Source: Iphione sp. A-MEVVRFRX5 (Eukaryota). From it: a stretch of DNA of 64,000 bases. The DNA is taken from assembly GCA_976226885.1 (NCBI GenBank), contig OZ320321.1, positions 15,066,001-15,130,000 on the forward strand, in the 5' to 3' direction. Under the pieces are notes generated by a model, which searched no databases, was not told the DNA's origin, and was given only the letters and a program-made list of their open reading frames with translations. Shown one piece after another: positions 13,350 through 28,300 of this stretch. A program made the translations under genes and the position numbers. Each line of letters opens with the position of its first letter. Within the stretch, counting starts at the first letter, position 1.

Positions 13350-16300
13350 CTATTTCTTCTGCCGGATGTTTTTCTCCAGTTCCATGAAAGGCACTTCAAA
13401 GATGAGCGTCAGGACAAATGAGGCCATGATCGTCATCATGAGGTTCCCAAAATACCAGTACCACTGTAAGAGTGAAAGAGACCAAAAATCAAAACACATG
13501 TCACACTTGCATATAGTCAAAGTAAGCTGACCATTTCTAATAATAAGTGCTCAGACCCGTTCATGTCCATCACCCCTGATGGCTCTCTCATCTCTCTGCT
13601 CTCTATTTTGATGCTTTTCCCCTGCCCAACAGGCCTCTGTATTCTGTACCAAAATGCAAAAAAAGGTTGACTAAATGGACAATAGCACATACATCTTGGT
13701 TTCACCATAATTAATCTGTATTCCTTGGTGCATAGCTCAGCAGTTTAATTACAACCTGTAAATAAAGAGAAATTTAGTATCTCCTTTGTCGGTAAGCATA
13801 TCATCTGTATCTGCGTAAGTCCGAAAAGAAAGAATATTTGTGCACACATTTCAACAGCCCAGGTGTCTTTTAGAGATAACAGGTCCAAAAACTGTAGATC
13901 GACATGAAGATAGTCGTTGCTTAAATAAAATTACTTCTAATAACTTTTTCATCATTTCATTAGAAAAAAAGGTTTTTGTAGTATCTGTATTAACCTGTAC
14001 TTATATATACATATATCAGAACGGTTTAACTTTTATATAATGTTTTAAAAGTGTAAGAAGTCTGTAAGCATATGAAGCCTTTGTTTGCTTCAATACCTTA
14101 TATCTTTATGTTCATTAACCACTGAGGAGTGGTACAGGATGGATAATTAATCACTATACGGCTAGGCTACAAATAATAATATACTATGACTATGAAATGG
14201 TTTTAGCCTGCTACAGGATGGAAGCTCTGAATAATGACACCCAATAAATGGATAATAATATAAAACTCATAAATCAATATGTATATATATATATTTCTGA
14301 CATAAATAATGAACAAATGCACTATTACGAATGTTTGAAATATGATCCTTTATGGAAAAAAAGGAAAAAATTCAAGAAACACACTTTGATATAATGTTTC
14401 CTAAATAATGCCTGGAGGTATCTTCAAAACCTATCTGGGGAGTGCCTCCAGGCATTTAAAATCCCTGTTGGGTTAACACATTAAAATGTATAAAAACAGG
14501 TTTCGACAAACAGGGTTTGAACCATAACACATATTTTTACAGCGCTCACACTTCCAAGAATTTCCCGCATTATTTTGTTTTTACTTTGCTGAGATCAGAG
14601 GGGTGAAATCATCTGGAGCTGATCCAGTTTCAGAAGACACCCATACTTAACGACTGTGCTTGGGAAGAGGCTTGCTGCCATCATGTGATCACTACTCACC
14701 ATGGTGATGTCCTTAACGTACAGGAGTTGTCTGCGATTGCCGAGAGCGATAACATGGACAATGGCGTGGATGAGGTAACCAGTGTAGGAAAGTCTCGACA
14801 GGGGGAGCCACAGTTTCCATGAAAGAAATGAGTTGATGACACCTGCATGAATACATGAAATATATACTCCATAATATAGTGTTGTGTGTACTCCGTCAAA
14901 AACATTATTGAATAAATCAGGTCCACGATTAAATCTGATTTTTGATGTTAATTCAACAAAGGCTGACAAACAAATGACCACAACAACAACAACTCAGGTA
15001 TATTTACAGGAAAAAATACCCCCCTCAGCAATAGCAGAAGAACTCCATGGAAACACTGGGAAACACCACCCCCCATCTCAGTACAATTCAATTACCTTTG
15101 CACTGGGCCTCAACCTCTATACAATAAATATCAGCACCTTACAATATCACCATATTACAATAGTAAATGTTCAATTCTTTTGACTGTAGTCATTAAAGGT
15201 AAAACTCTACTTATAAAGTACATGTAGATGTATTATTTGATAACACTTCATTCTGAGAATCACCCTCATGAGACGCCCAGCAAAGTAACAGGGATTTTCA
15301 TGGTTTTAGAATCGAAATTTATTGTTATACCACTTTATCCACATATCAGTATATGTCCATTTTTTATGTTCCTTTTAAGAACATTTTTAAAGGAAAATTT
15401 TTATAAAAATTGGCTTCGAGTCACAAAGTCTTCGGAGATAGCCAATCTCATTATCCTGAGGCTTTTTGCTTGGAATTCGTTGATAGATACACTGTACCAC
15501 CAGTACTGGAGAGAATCGAGAATCTTGATGGCCACCTTTTGAAGAAAGTTTTTGAACTAAAAATAATTATATGTATTACGGACCAAATTAATCTTTTTTC
15601 TAAGTAGGTGCATTTTCTCAACTACCGTTTGACCCTCAAGGTTTTCAGGTTTGACATTGACTGTGCATATTTCTCCTAAAAATGATGTCCAGGGCCCAAG
15701 CTTGAAATAGAAGCCTTACCTCCATATCCAGTGCAGCAAGCAAATATCACCCATGCAACACCTGTATAACAAGAGAAAATTAATTTTAAAAAAAAGGTAC
15801 AGTTCGGACTGTCTAGATTCATACATGCCATCACCATTGCGTCTGTATATCTGGTATTTTCGTAGATCTGCTCCTGCTTATAAGATAGTGATATTGGAAA
15901 TTAAAAAAAGGTATCCAAATATTTACAAATATTCAAAGAATGTTTTATCAATATTGATTACAAATACATATGTATAATTTATCCTAAGCTAGCATTTAAT
16001 TTCAAAGGATGGATTCTGACATATTAGTGAGATCAGCCATTTTGGTTTTTAAGATGGAATCAAACATTGAGCTGCATGACCATCTCAGCCTGTCAATAGC
16101 ATTTCCAGACATAGAAAAACAGGTTAGTTGCAGCTTAGGCCTTCAAAGTTCAGAGAAAAGCTAACCCTAGTCAGGAGACTTTAGGAAAAACTTACCGAAG
16201 GTCATGAGATCACGTTTCATGGTGTCGTAGAAAATGTTATATGGCTTTGAAAAATTGCGATTTCCAGTCAAGGCATAAAGTGAGATCACTATGGCCGTTG

Positions 16301-19300
16301 TCCAGCAGCCAATTAAAACAATCTGCAAAGTTATTCAATCAATTTTATATTTATTGACGCGGTGAAAATGTCCTGAGTTATTTTTGTCGGGATTTTTTTT
16401 GGTATTGCTTTATTTGACATGAAGTTGATATACATAATAGTATTTTCATCCAGGATTTTCAGTTTAACATCTTCCAGCGAAACATATTCATGATATGATA
16501 TAGGCACTGATTATTTTACAGCTAGTGATGATTTAACCCATTCAGATGTAATAATATTTCACTGTCTGAAAGTGTCGATTGCTGAACATCAAAGTAACGG
16601 GTACTGCCGACCTCATTTTTACGTAATTGTGACATTGTCCAAATTATTCTCATAATAACGTCATAATTAGTAAAAATGGCATCGGCAGTATCCGTTACTT
16701 CGGCATTCGGCAATCCGTCAATTACCTGCTGCTTATATCCTAGGTACTTGGTTTGAACGGAATATGCCTGATTATAATCATAGCAGTTTGGTCTCTACCC
16801 AAAACATTGTGTTTTAATAAGGTAAAAAACTCAAACTGGTATTATTAAGTTTCCAGCTGGAAGTATCCTGACTCAAGGAACAAAAAGGTAGGGCTCAGTG
16901 CAATCTGAAGATATTCCAGTCCGAGCCAGAAAGAGGAAATTAAGAGGTGTTAATTGTTTCCAAAGTTGGATATTATGCAATGAAGGTTAATTGTAGAGCC
17001 AAACTCTGTATATAAGGGCCCTGATGTTCTGAATAAGGGGACGGTCTCCCACTGCACTTGAAGAAAGCAACACCGAACATATTTCTTGTGTGGACAGCAC
17101 TCATCCGAGACCAGGCACACATTACTATCATGAATAATTATTACCCGTAGGTACAGTGGCCCAGATAACTCTGCTACGTCGACATACAATAAAACGGAGT
17201 AATCTACAGTCGTCAGATGTGCCTCCTTGGCTGCAGTCGTCTTTGCCAGTCATACATTTTCATATTTTACCTTCTTCATCTTGACGTGGCATTGAGTCCT
17301 GTATAGCGCATATCCCAACGCAAGACCACTGAGGTAAGGGCCCGCTCTTGCATACGGCTTGACATACACCAGCCAGAAGTCTTCGCCCAGAAAGCTAAAC
17401 AAGTGTAAAAAAATGTAGAGTGGGAACTCCACCATATGCATTAATCACAATTGTAGGCATGCATGGTGAACATCTTTAACCAAGCAATTTATAAATTTCC
17501 CTCGGTGTGTAGGTAGCTACCAAAATGTATATACGACAACGTCTTCTAGGTTCTATCTGCGTGAAATACGTACTGGAAAGGTGAGAGAGCACCTTGGGGG
17601 GAGAGACCAAAATTGCCCAGCCAAAAAGCTTAGTCTCCTAGGGGAGTTCCAAGCGTAGTTGTACATGTATGTGGCATATTTATCGGAGCATGTAGGTCAG
17701 CGGGTCGACAGGTAGCAGACTGTGAAGAGTAAACAGGGTCTTTAAGCGCTATCCCCATAGACATGAATTATCTGCATGCACAAAGTCGCGTGGTGCAGAC
17801 TTCCCCGACCGTCCCGCAACAGGTGGCGGGGTCTATCCCCATGCATGCAAATGTTCCGTATGGATATGCCTATGTCCAACCGGAAATTGCTTGGTCGTGA
17901 CCCCATCCTATCACGTGGAAGAAGGCATGTCTTGCATCCACGAGAGCAATTTGACCCTGTTATATCCACGCAAAGGGTGGCGTGAAGGTGGCGGGGTGCA
18001 GGATTCCCGTAGGTGGCGGGTCCGGGATATTCGTATACATAGGTATAGTTTCATCTTTTTAGCTTTGATCGGACATCCCGCTGTCCACACACAAGGTGGT
18101 GGGTGCGGAAGGTTTGCGTCTATGGGGATAGCGCTTTAGAATATACATCAGTGAGGGGTGCGCTGGATATTAGAACAGTCAGTCAGACGGACGACCACCT
18201 GTACAGCCGTATGTAGGTTTTAACTGTCACTTACCTGATTAGACCGGCTCTTATAATTATCTGGCCAAACCAACTCATGATGAGGAGTATATATCCTAAT
18301 TTCGGCTTCCTTTTGTAGTGAAACAAAGCAGATTAGCGTCATCATGCTCGAAAATGTTCACCTGTGAGAAACTGGACAACGTTTTCAGATACAATCATGA
18401 AGCTTTCTTAACTTCTTAATTTATTCCAGATGATCTACAGTTTTTACATATCCTTTCCATAGTAAACCGGCTTGTAAAACTTGCAGAATATAAAAAAGTT
18501 AAGTATAGCAAGCCCCCTTCTCTTATTGTCTGAGATCTATTTTAAGTTTACCCTCTAGAAAGACAGGATTATGCAAGGGGTTCGTGCTTTTAATTTGACA
18601 GATGAACATTCCTAAATAATCCATAATTTTGCACTTGATTTCAAGGTTTGGCCTTTACGCTAATCATATGAACAATCAACACTACCTCTCAAAAATTGTC
18701 CGTAATGAAGGCCAGTTAAATTTCTCATCCATATGTATTCTCGAGAAGTTTCCTTGATGAAAACCACCAGTATTATTTCCACATAAGATTGCGTAATTGA
18801 AGGGCTGTATCATAAGGGCTATTGGAGTTTCCATATCTACTTCCCAATTTGAAAGAGCCCTGTGATAAGGGTAATCTGGGTTCCCACATCTACTAGTACA
18901 TTTTGAAGGGCCCTGTGATAAGGGTTATCTGGGTTCCCACATGTACTAGAACATTTCAAGGGCCCTATGATAGGGGTTATCTGAGTTTCCACATCCAGTA
19001 GGACATTTGAAGGGCCTTGTGAGAAGGGTTATTTGGGTTCCCACATCCACTAAGACATTTGAAGGGCCCTGTGATAAGGGTTATCTGAGTTTCCACATCC
19101 ACTAGGACAGTTAAAGGGCCCTGTGATCAGAGTTATCTGGGTTCCAACATCTACTAGAACATTTTGAACAGCCCTGTGATAAGGGTTATCTGAGTTTCCA
19201 CACCCACTTGGACATTTGAAGGGCCCTATGATAAAGGGTTATCTGGGTTCCAACATCTACTAGGACATTTTGAAGGGCCCCGTAATAAGGGTTATCTGAG

Positions 19301-22300
19301 TTTCCACATGCACTCGGACATTTGAAGGGACCTGTAATGAGGGCTATCAGTGTTGTCTACTGTTCGACTAACATGTAAAATTCTTAAAATGTTCATTCTA
19401 GTGAGAATATTTTCGATCCTTTTTATAACTTTCTGAAAACATTCCTAGCTACTGCTTAAAAACTTCAGGAAAACATTTTCAAAATATTTTTCTGATGACT
19501 TAAGAATGCTCCTGAAACATTTTCGGAGAATGTTTTTCTAATCATGCACCTATTTTTATCGAAGAAGCAACTAAAATAATAAATATAAGATACAAGGGAC
19601 CATTTTAGTTTGAACAAGTTTTCCGTAACTACTTATACAATTTGTACATAATATTATGACCCTTAAACGTTTGATTCCCTATGTCCCTTTTTTAAAAGTT
19701 GGGATGATTATTTCATCTGGTTAGCATCCCTGTCGTTGGCATGAGGGGTTTCGGATTCAAACCTTTGCTAGTGCAATATTGCAAATGATTTCAGTATAAT
19801 ATAATAATTAATATGTTACACTATATAAATATCTTCTTGTATATTAGAAGGGCTGCGCAGGATGCAGTGTGTTCAACTCATGGTAACATTGATATATATT
19901 GATACTGTATGATAAAAGACACTTGGATGACCATACGAAGTATGATATCATTATGATGTATTACTGAAACGTCCTATTACAAGATGCTGAATACTTATCT
20001 TCTTACACAGGGAGGTTTGTAAGATACTAAGACAGGGAGTTAGCTCAGTGGTAGAGCACTGGTCTACTGACTTAGAGGTTGCAGGTTCAATCCTGGACCT
20101 GGGACTCTTGATCAAGACCAGGCAGATTTACTGTAGTCCCAATCCAGAGTGGTCCACAACTTGTAAAAAGGCTGTGGGTGTATAGGATTCTGTCCTCTAT
20201 GCACAAAAAGACCCAACGAACCTATCTGAATAAGAGTAGGGGGCAACCCTGGGTATTCTGGTCTCTCAATTCTCAATAATAGATGGTAGTATGCTACCCC
20301 AGGAGGATATGGAAGAACCCTGTCATATGATAGGTGAATATATTCCTGGTAAAAGATCCAATTAAATACTCAAGTGTACATATGGAGGTTTTTACAGCAG
20401 GATCAAGTGAATTACTACGGCAAGTTTAAGTACTTGGGACACACAGTAGGTTTTCTCTATCTGGAGGTCTATCGCAATTGCGATAGTTGAATGTCTGGCC
20501 CTTTTTTATTTGAGCAGGTAGAAGTCTCTATCAACACAGTCTGTAAGTTTCTTTCAGGTTCCGACAGTCGAGCACCTATTTGCATCCATGCCAAATTTTG
20601 ACCATTTTCACTATTATAACCTCCCGAACTGGAAAGAAAAAGTGCTAACTTGTTACATGTATACATATTTGAATGAGGTGTGACCATTCTTGCTGATATG
20701 ACCACTTGAGCTCGGACCAGAGTGACGATCGCAATTAGGCGTTTCACTGTATACATATCTAATGATAAGGGTGAAAGTTACCAAGGTATGGCCCAGTATG
20801 GTCTCTATATCTATATAAGACGGATAGTGGATAAGACAGTCGATCAGATGTACTAATGTCGATCTTGTACTAAATAAACAGAATGCGGGAAAAAATCTAA
20901 TTATACTGGTTCATGTTTCTGTTTTGAGGCCAGCTATAGATGTCAGTGTATGATATTTGATTCAAGCGATGGAAATTCGGGAATAATCCAAATATACATT
21001 AGGCTTAAACAAAAAATATCCATCCTTCCGATGACCCGACCGACCCTGATTCGGATGCTTAAATAGAGATTTTTTTATTTTATTCTTGTTTTATAAATAT
21101 CTTAGCACTGGATATTGATAGAGACTCATATGGTACACCATTGTGTTCCTTACACCATTGGCTTTCATTTGGTATAAGTTTCCATAAGATCTAAGCGGTC
21201 AAACATATATTACCATATACATTTGTTGCTTGGTGTATGAATTAAGACTGAAAAAAATGAAAAAAAACTTACCACCGACCTACTAATCCTCAGCTTGTTA
21301 CTAGAAACACAGATTTTTTTCTTTAGGCCTTATCACTTTTAAAACTATAAGGGATGATTGGATTTCCTGGTTTTGATGCAGCTTGTAACCTCATGCTGCA
21401 TGGAAACTGAGTCACATACCTCAATCCTCCTAGTGAATGAAGAATCAATACCTGTAAACTTACAGATAGAGAGCAGCTGCGAAGAAGGGAACGATGCAGT
21501 AAAACTGGAAATCTGCCGCCAGGTACCAGGTCCAACCCATGCACTGTAAGTAGAATTTAAACGGAAGTTTTAACTAGGCAGACAGTTAAACAATTGTACT
21601 TCCTTGGATTGAACGCAGTGATTTATCAGGGGACTCACCACAGCAAACTCCTATGCAAAATAAGAGTGTGGACCTGCAATGTCTATTGTCCCCTACCTAA
21701 GTCACCATTTCATGCTTGATTGCACCTCCTTCTATCAGACTGCTACAATGCTGCTGGTGCTGGTAGACGAGGGATGGATATTGGTGAGTGTGTGTGCATG
21801 TGTGTGTGAGTACATTGTCAGACCTAGAAATTCCCAAACAATATATGTATGTTTGTGCATGTGGTGGCAAAAAAGTGAATTGAGATACTTTCAGCATTAC
21901 TACCGAAATTGCCCAGTACCATGGATCTTCATATGTAAATATCATATATCAAAATTAGTTTATTTGACTGAACAGTACTGACTTGAGTATTATAAAAAGT
22001 CAGACAGTCACAGGCCCGTAGCCAAGGGGGTATCAGGGGTATCGTCTGATACCCCCTACAGACATTAATGCCTTTAATACATTAAGATCTTCATAGGCAT
22101 GACAAAAATTAGTTCCACCCCTGCAGTACTGGGGGTATCGTCCGATACCCCCCAAAAAAACTTCCTGGCTACGGGCCTGAGTCAACTAGCAGCATTCCTA
22201 ATGTCCGCCTCCCCCCAATACGGTGAAGGACAAGAAAAGGGCAAACATCATGTTGGTTTGACTTGGGATCTTTCACTCCGACTTAAGAATAGATTTGTAT

Positions 22301-25300
22301 ACTTTAAGTGGAAATAGAACATGTACATTCTTCTAGTAGAAGTGATCAACCTACCCCTGCTCCAATGTAATTGTTTATGTAGAACAGATTTGCCCACCAG
22401 GACATCCGGCAATTGTCAGCCTGCGCTTGGAACTCGGGGAAGAGTGGACCTGAACCAAGGTACATCCACAGGTTGGAGTAGACAAGAAGGACGGCTGCAT
22501 ACACGGGGGTCAACCTGGGGACCAAAATACCTATACGATACGGCTATCCATAATTTTTGTGTTGAGTAGTGCCCTTGGCCACAGATATTGTAGCATAGAG
22601 CAAACAACAAAAACTGATTTATGGTCTTCAAAGTGACGTGAAGTCTCAGTCCTCTTTGCCATCCAACGTTCATGAGTCTTTGGTTTGGTTTTGTGACTTG
22701 ACTAAATACTATAGTATCGGTCTTTGCGGACAGTGTTAATAGGGGCGATGAATATCAAAAGCACTTTTACTCTCCAAGAGCCACTCGTACTGCCAAGACG
22801 AGTGTCAGCTTGAATGGTAAGGCCAAAACAGAAAATATCTGTGTTTCCGGTAAAACGATAACAACTGATGTAGGGTCGATCGGTCGGTGGTTTGTTTTTT
22901 TCAAACACAATTTATCGAGTTAAAGCCTAGACAGTACTTTCCAGTCATGGTACCATCACTGGATGTACTGCAGTTTACCAGTACATCGACGCCATCTTGG
23001 ATTTTTTTAAATGTTGAAGTAGCTACTACTAACCCTAACCCTCGATACAAATGCCCACACTAACCCTAATTTTCTAATTTTTATCCCTAAATTTGGGGGG
23101 GTTCCCCTGAACCCCCCCTTTTGTTGCTTTCTTTGTGAAATTGTTTTGTTACGTCAGAATGAAAAAATTCAATATGGCAGTGACATACCAGTGAACTGCA
23201 GTTTAGCCCAATCATTTCTCCTGCTTGGATCTTAATGAAACATATCTTGTGAAAGACTATGATTTAAGAAACAAAATGGTGTATCGTATGAGTCTGTAAC
23301 TTTATTCGTCCGCAAAATATTGGCAAAACAATTGTAAACGAAAATGTTCCGAGAGGTCAAAAGTGACGGTCCGTTAGATTACCGGAAACACAGAATTTCT
23401 TTGCTAGGCCATTGTTGAGCAGAGAGTAACTAAGGTGTCGGAAAGTCCTTCTACAAGCACACAACGTGTTGCTTGTCAGACGGAATTTATGAACAACGCA
23501 CCTTATGTAGCGGTGGACCACAAACAAGAGTAGTTCCTTTATCCAAAGTAAAGCTCTCCTTCCCTCTGGAATAAACGTAGTGTACGACGTAATTCTAAAA
23601 TGTGGTTTTTTTTTCGGCTAGAATACTGCAATACAGGTGAGTCAATGTTAGGAAGGAGTCCATGACGAGCGATAAGTAAAGGTACAGATAGAGTAGACCT
23701 ACCAATAGGTTTGTGTTTTTAAAAAAAATCAATCTAGGATGGTATGAGGGTCAACGCAACACTCTTAGCACACAATATGGATGGAGAGGGCAAAGAAAAA
23801 TTTAAGCTGAATATTCTGGAAAGGGCAAAAGCAGTGGCAGATTTCCTGTTTGCCACATTCAGTTATTTCACAGGTTAACATCTTCATATTGAATCTGCTT
23901 TATTCGACATGTGAGGGAAAATATGGCATTTACGTCAGAGGGCTTGGCCTGGGAAAACTAGGATTAATCTGATAAATGTGAGAAAAAAGCATGGAAGGAA
24001 AATGTCCGGTGAGAAATCAGAGAAGCATATTTTAGGTGGTGGTGAAGACTTTTAGCTTAAGTTAGTCTCATTAAGGAATGTGAAGCCAATAATCAATATG
24101 ATGGAAATGAGAGGTACATAAGGTGCAAATGCTTAAGGCAGCTATGACAGCTATGGACCTTGCCTAGCTTGGCTGGATGAAGATCGCTATGGTAGCCCCA
24201 TCCACCAAGGACCTTGCATAGTATGGCCTAGTATAGACAGGTGCCACCATCGAGAGCCTTGTCTAGTATGGCTGGGTGCTTTGTTTTGGACAGTCATGAT
24301 GGTTAGCAATAACAAGGAGTTCACCTAGTGACTAATTAGTTTGGACACTCAAGGCAGCTGTCAATATCAAGGTCCTTGCCTCATGAGTCTTGATGTAGAC
24401 AGGAATAATAGATCTTATTACAGGAGCTTCTGTGGTCTGCGCCCTACAATAAAAACTTTCGACACTAAGGCGGCGTCCACATGTACGCCTACAAAAAAGA
24501 AATCTGTCTATGTATCCACGAGCGTAGGTAGCCCCCCCCCCCACCTGTGGATTGCAAATTCTATGTTTGCCTGTTTGTGGATTTGTCTTCGCTGGAATGT
24601 GCAACGTCATTATGATTTGCTAAGTATTTTCGTTTCCGCCTGACTTGATCACGATTCTTTGTACATAAACATATTCTCGACGGCACTGATTTTCAGAAAA
24701 CTATGAGGATATTTGACTACACACATGCCAATTTCACCCAAATTTCATAGATCAGTGGGCTCCCAATAACCAATATTTTTGGTTCCTTAGGATTTCATCA
24801 AATGTATGGGAATTATCAGTCATGGAGACTTTTTTAGTGATTTTGTTACATTCGGTTCTGTCTGAGTGTGTTGGTTAAGCAGTAATGTTGGTTATAAAGT
24901 CATCAGATAAGGGGGGACCACTGTATTTACTTTAGTTGAATATGACTCTATTAATACACCTCTTCATGCCATTTTCACGGTTCTCACCAAAGCTTTTTTT
25001 GTACCTCCTTCAATTCAGTAGACCAAGTAAATCAAGTCCCGTATCATATTTTCCACCCGACTTCGTGTTAGTACAGTTTTTATATGTGTGATGGCATGAT
25101 GACAGACTTACCTTTATTCTCGGTGACTCTTCTGACAGTCTTTATAAATGAAACCATGACCAACGCGGCACTGATAAGAAAGAAACTGTCCACAGCAAAC
25201 TCCATGTTTTGGATGAAGGCATACAGAGGGTCGACGAGATAATAAAACTGACCGTAGTAGTTAGCTAAAAAAATATAAAAATGTATATAATAATAATAAC

Positions 25301-28300
25301 AGGTTTATTGTCCCATCTCATTTGCAGGAAATGCTCTTCGGGCGTCCACAATGAATTAGAAAGTCAGTTGGCATACATGTCATAGTACTTTACAAGCAAA
25401 GCGGCCTGAAGGCACGAATTATGGCATTACAATACTTTACTAAATATAATCATATCATTTCCTTCTTAAAAGTCTCTGGTGCATTTTTAAGATTATTTGA
25501 CAATTCGTTCCATACATAGGATTACCTAGTAAGAAAACTAACCATAGAAGTTATCTAGGAAAAAAAACATAAAGATGTTTGTATGGGGCACTTTACTTTT
25601 ATGTTGACAAATATGGTGTCTCATATCCAGAAAGGGTTAAAGAAGGAAACTTGTTGGAGGGATTTATAGTCACTGTGCCTGAGCTGACTATTTTTCCTAA
25701 AAATCCAGGAAGCTTAGGCCGAAAAATCACTTGTATTTTCTGGTACCATGCTAAAAGAAATATATGGTTAGTAGGTAGATTTATTTTATTCTTCTTTTTT
25801 CAGTTTTACAAGGCTTTATGCACAAAGAGGGAAGAATGTGGTGAAATATTGTCCTATAAGAACAATGCAGAAAACTTACTAAAATGTGGTACTATGACAG
25901 ATTTTCTCAAACCTTTTCCTTACTAATTAAACTTCATACACAAAGGTTTTCTGATATGACAGATTCATTGCTAGCATTTAAAAAGTATTTTCATTAATTA
26001 TTATTAAGCTTAGGTTACAGAACAAGCAGCCTGACTATGAACAGACAATATGTAAAGAGTGGAAAGTAGCTACTTTCATTTAATTTCCCTCATACCTAAT
26101 TCATATATAATATATATGTCATACATCAAATTAAACCTGAAATATCTCGCTTTCTCATGGTATATGGGCCTTTCTATTATCTAATATTCTCACTGAATGC
26201 TAATGAATTTGATCTTTGAAGTATTTTTAAAAATGGAAATACATAAGATAGAAACTTGCCTCAAACTTTATAGGAATGAGCAAGGTTTCAACTACAAGGC
26301 TGCCAATTTTCAATAGGATCATTGCATGGGAAATATTGAGGCTTTTTAGTCAAAGTAAGTTACTGTGTATGCTTCGGTTTGGGACCATATTTCAGACAGA
26401 AAACAGGCTGGCTGTCAATGGTTGGGATTTTCCCTCCTGAAACCACTTAGCGCACGTTGCTACCTATTATAGGAAAATGAATCATCTGGTCTTTGATATC
26501 TGGTTTGGTCTCCCCTGTGGGGTGGTCGTTAACTGAGTTTCTACTGTATGTACTATGTATACCTATGTATAAATATAAGTACATGTATAATTTATAATGC
26601 CAGAATTGGCCATCTTTCATTTACAGACCTGTTTTATTTGAGAAAACCAAATACAGTTCTAAATTTAAAAAAAAAACATAAGGACACACATTAGAAAATC
26701 CTGAGGACACATCAAACTCACCGACGTAGGCGTTTCTGGGGTCGGTTAAGATCATGGTCTCCAGTTTCCAAGTGTGTCCAATGACGATCCACGTAAAAGA
26801 GAAAAAACGCACGCCGTTGATACAACCATAGGTGGCGCGCACGCCCGTTGTGGACGTAACCGATGCAACGTTTCTTTGTAGGGAGAATGGCAGCAAGACC
26901 TTTAGCAATTTGCCTGAAAAATAAACCGAAATTAAAAGATGGACAATATACTGCTATGAATCTGAGGATTTCTCTTTCTCCCGCTCATAACCATATTATT
27001 ATGGAAATATATTGCCCCGAAGTTAAGATTTTTAAAAATCTTATCTTATAATCAGTAATTGTAAAGTCCCGTTCCCCTGTCATGTGGGTCATAGGTACAT
27101 GATAACTGCATCTATTTGCTACTTTGAATAGTAATGAACGCTGCAATAACGAAAATAAAAAGAATGCCACCTAGTGACCGACCCTACATTTTTTCAGCCT
27201 GTTACTAGAAACACAGAACGTTTATTACGCCCAAGGACTTTACCGCCGGATTTTGAGTGAGTCGGTTCCTCTACCGCTGGAGTCGCTGTATTCGCTGTTG
27301 ACCTTTGTTGACCTCCGACGTCGTTCTCCTGCAGTTCTACGCCATTAGCCTCGTTTTGGTCAGCGATTTTGTTCTCACTTTGAAAACGATGGTTCCTCTT
27401 TCGCTGACACTCCAGGCAAGCATCCAGCACGGAGGATATGATGATTATGATGATAAAAATCATGATGATGGCTCTAAATAAGGGACGAGAAAACCCACTC
27501 GGAATTACTCCTAAGTCTCGAAGGAAACATATTGCTTACATTTTAACACAGTCTTTACCTGGGAATTAAAACTGCTATACATTTGACAGATTCCTACGCA
27601 AATTAGAAATATACTAACTAACCTGTGTTTAACCGACAAAAAAATAACGACTGATTGATGCGTTTGAAAAGTATTTATCATGGAGTCCCTCATGGATCCA
27701 TTCTGAATCTCTCATTAGTTTCTCATTCTCTTATGTGTGTATGGCCTTATGACATTCAATTAATAAATCTTCAACATTCCGCATGAGATATTTGCTGTTA
27801 GGACTAGATCTTGTGATGTCAAGAGGAATGTAACAGGTATATATTAAGACCCCCAAGAGGAGGACTTTGACCTTACCTATGAGTTACCCCTCTGTCCGAA
27901 GTGATTGTACCGAATAGAATAATTAATTGGGACCACTCAGCTTTGCCCTTGATTCGCAGCAGCCCTCCTATTTAAGGTGCCCCAAGGACGAATTGTCCCT
28001 CTATAAATAGACCGCTGTAACTTTCACTGCCCACACAACCTGACAGGATGCGTCTCCGTCCAACTTCTTTTCACTAAAACCTCCTATTTACCATAGCTTC
28101 ATGTGCGTTGTGCTCTTCAAGTATGTCTTCTTTTCCCAAGAATTCAAATGGTACATAAATTATCATCTCTAATTCTACTGTCAACCAATGTTTTCTCAGC
28201 ACAGCAGAATCTCGTGTAATGAGCCGATTGCCAGCGGTTGAAACAACGGGTAGTGCAGGCATCATTTTTACCCAATTTCGACATAGTTGCAATTTTAAGC

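Noticed and set aside
16950-17189. Ig-like exon (STINLHCII) in the NRF-6 intron
   Set aside because: No second Cys/Trp pattern or flanking partner exons; the host gene closes in frame without it.
18799-19348. CRISPR-like regular repeat
   Set aside because: Units are contiguous with no unique spacers; eukaryotic intron. It is a minisatellite.
20035-20105. Functional tRNA gene
   Set aside because: A/B boxes are present but the acceptor stem does not close, and the sequence continues into a SINE-like body with no nearby Pol III T-run.
23026-23090. Interstitial telomere
   Set aside because: Only 2-3 TAACCC units, lying inside a MITE with inverted arms.
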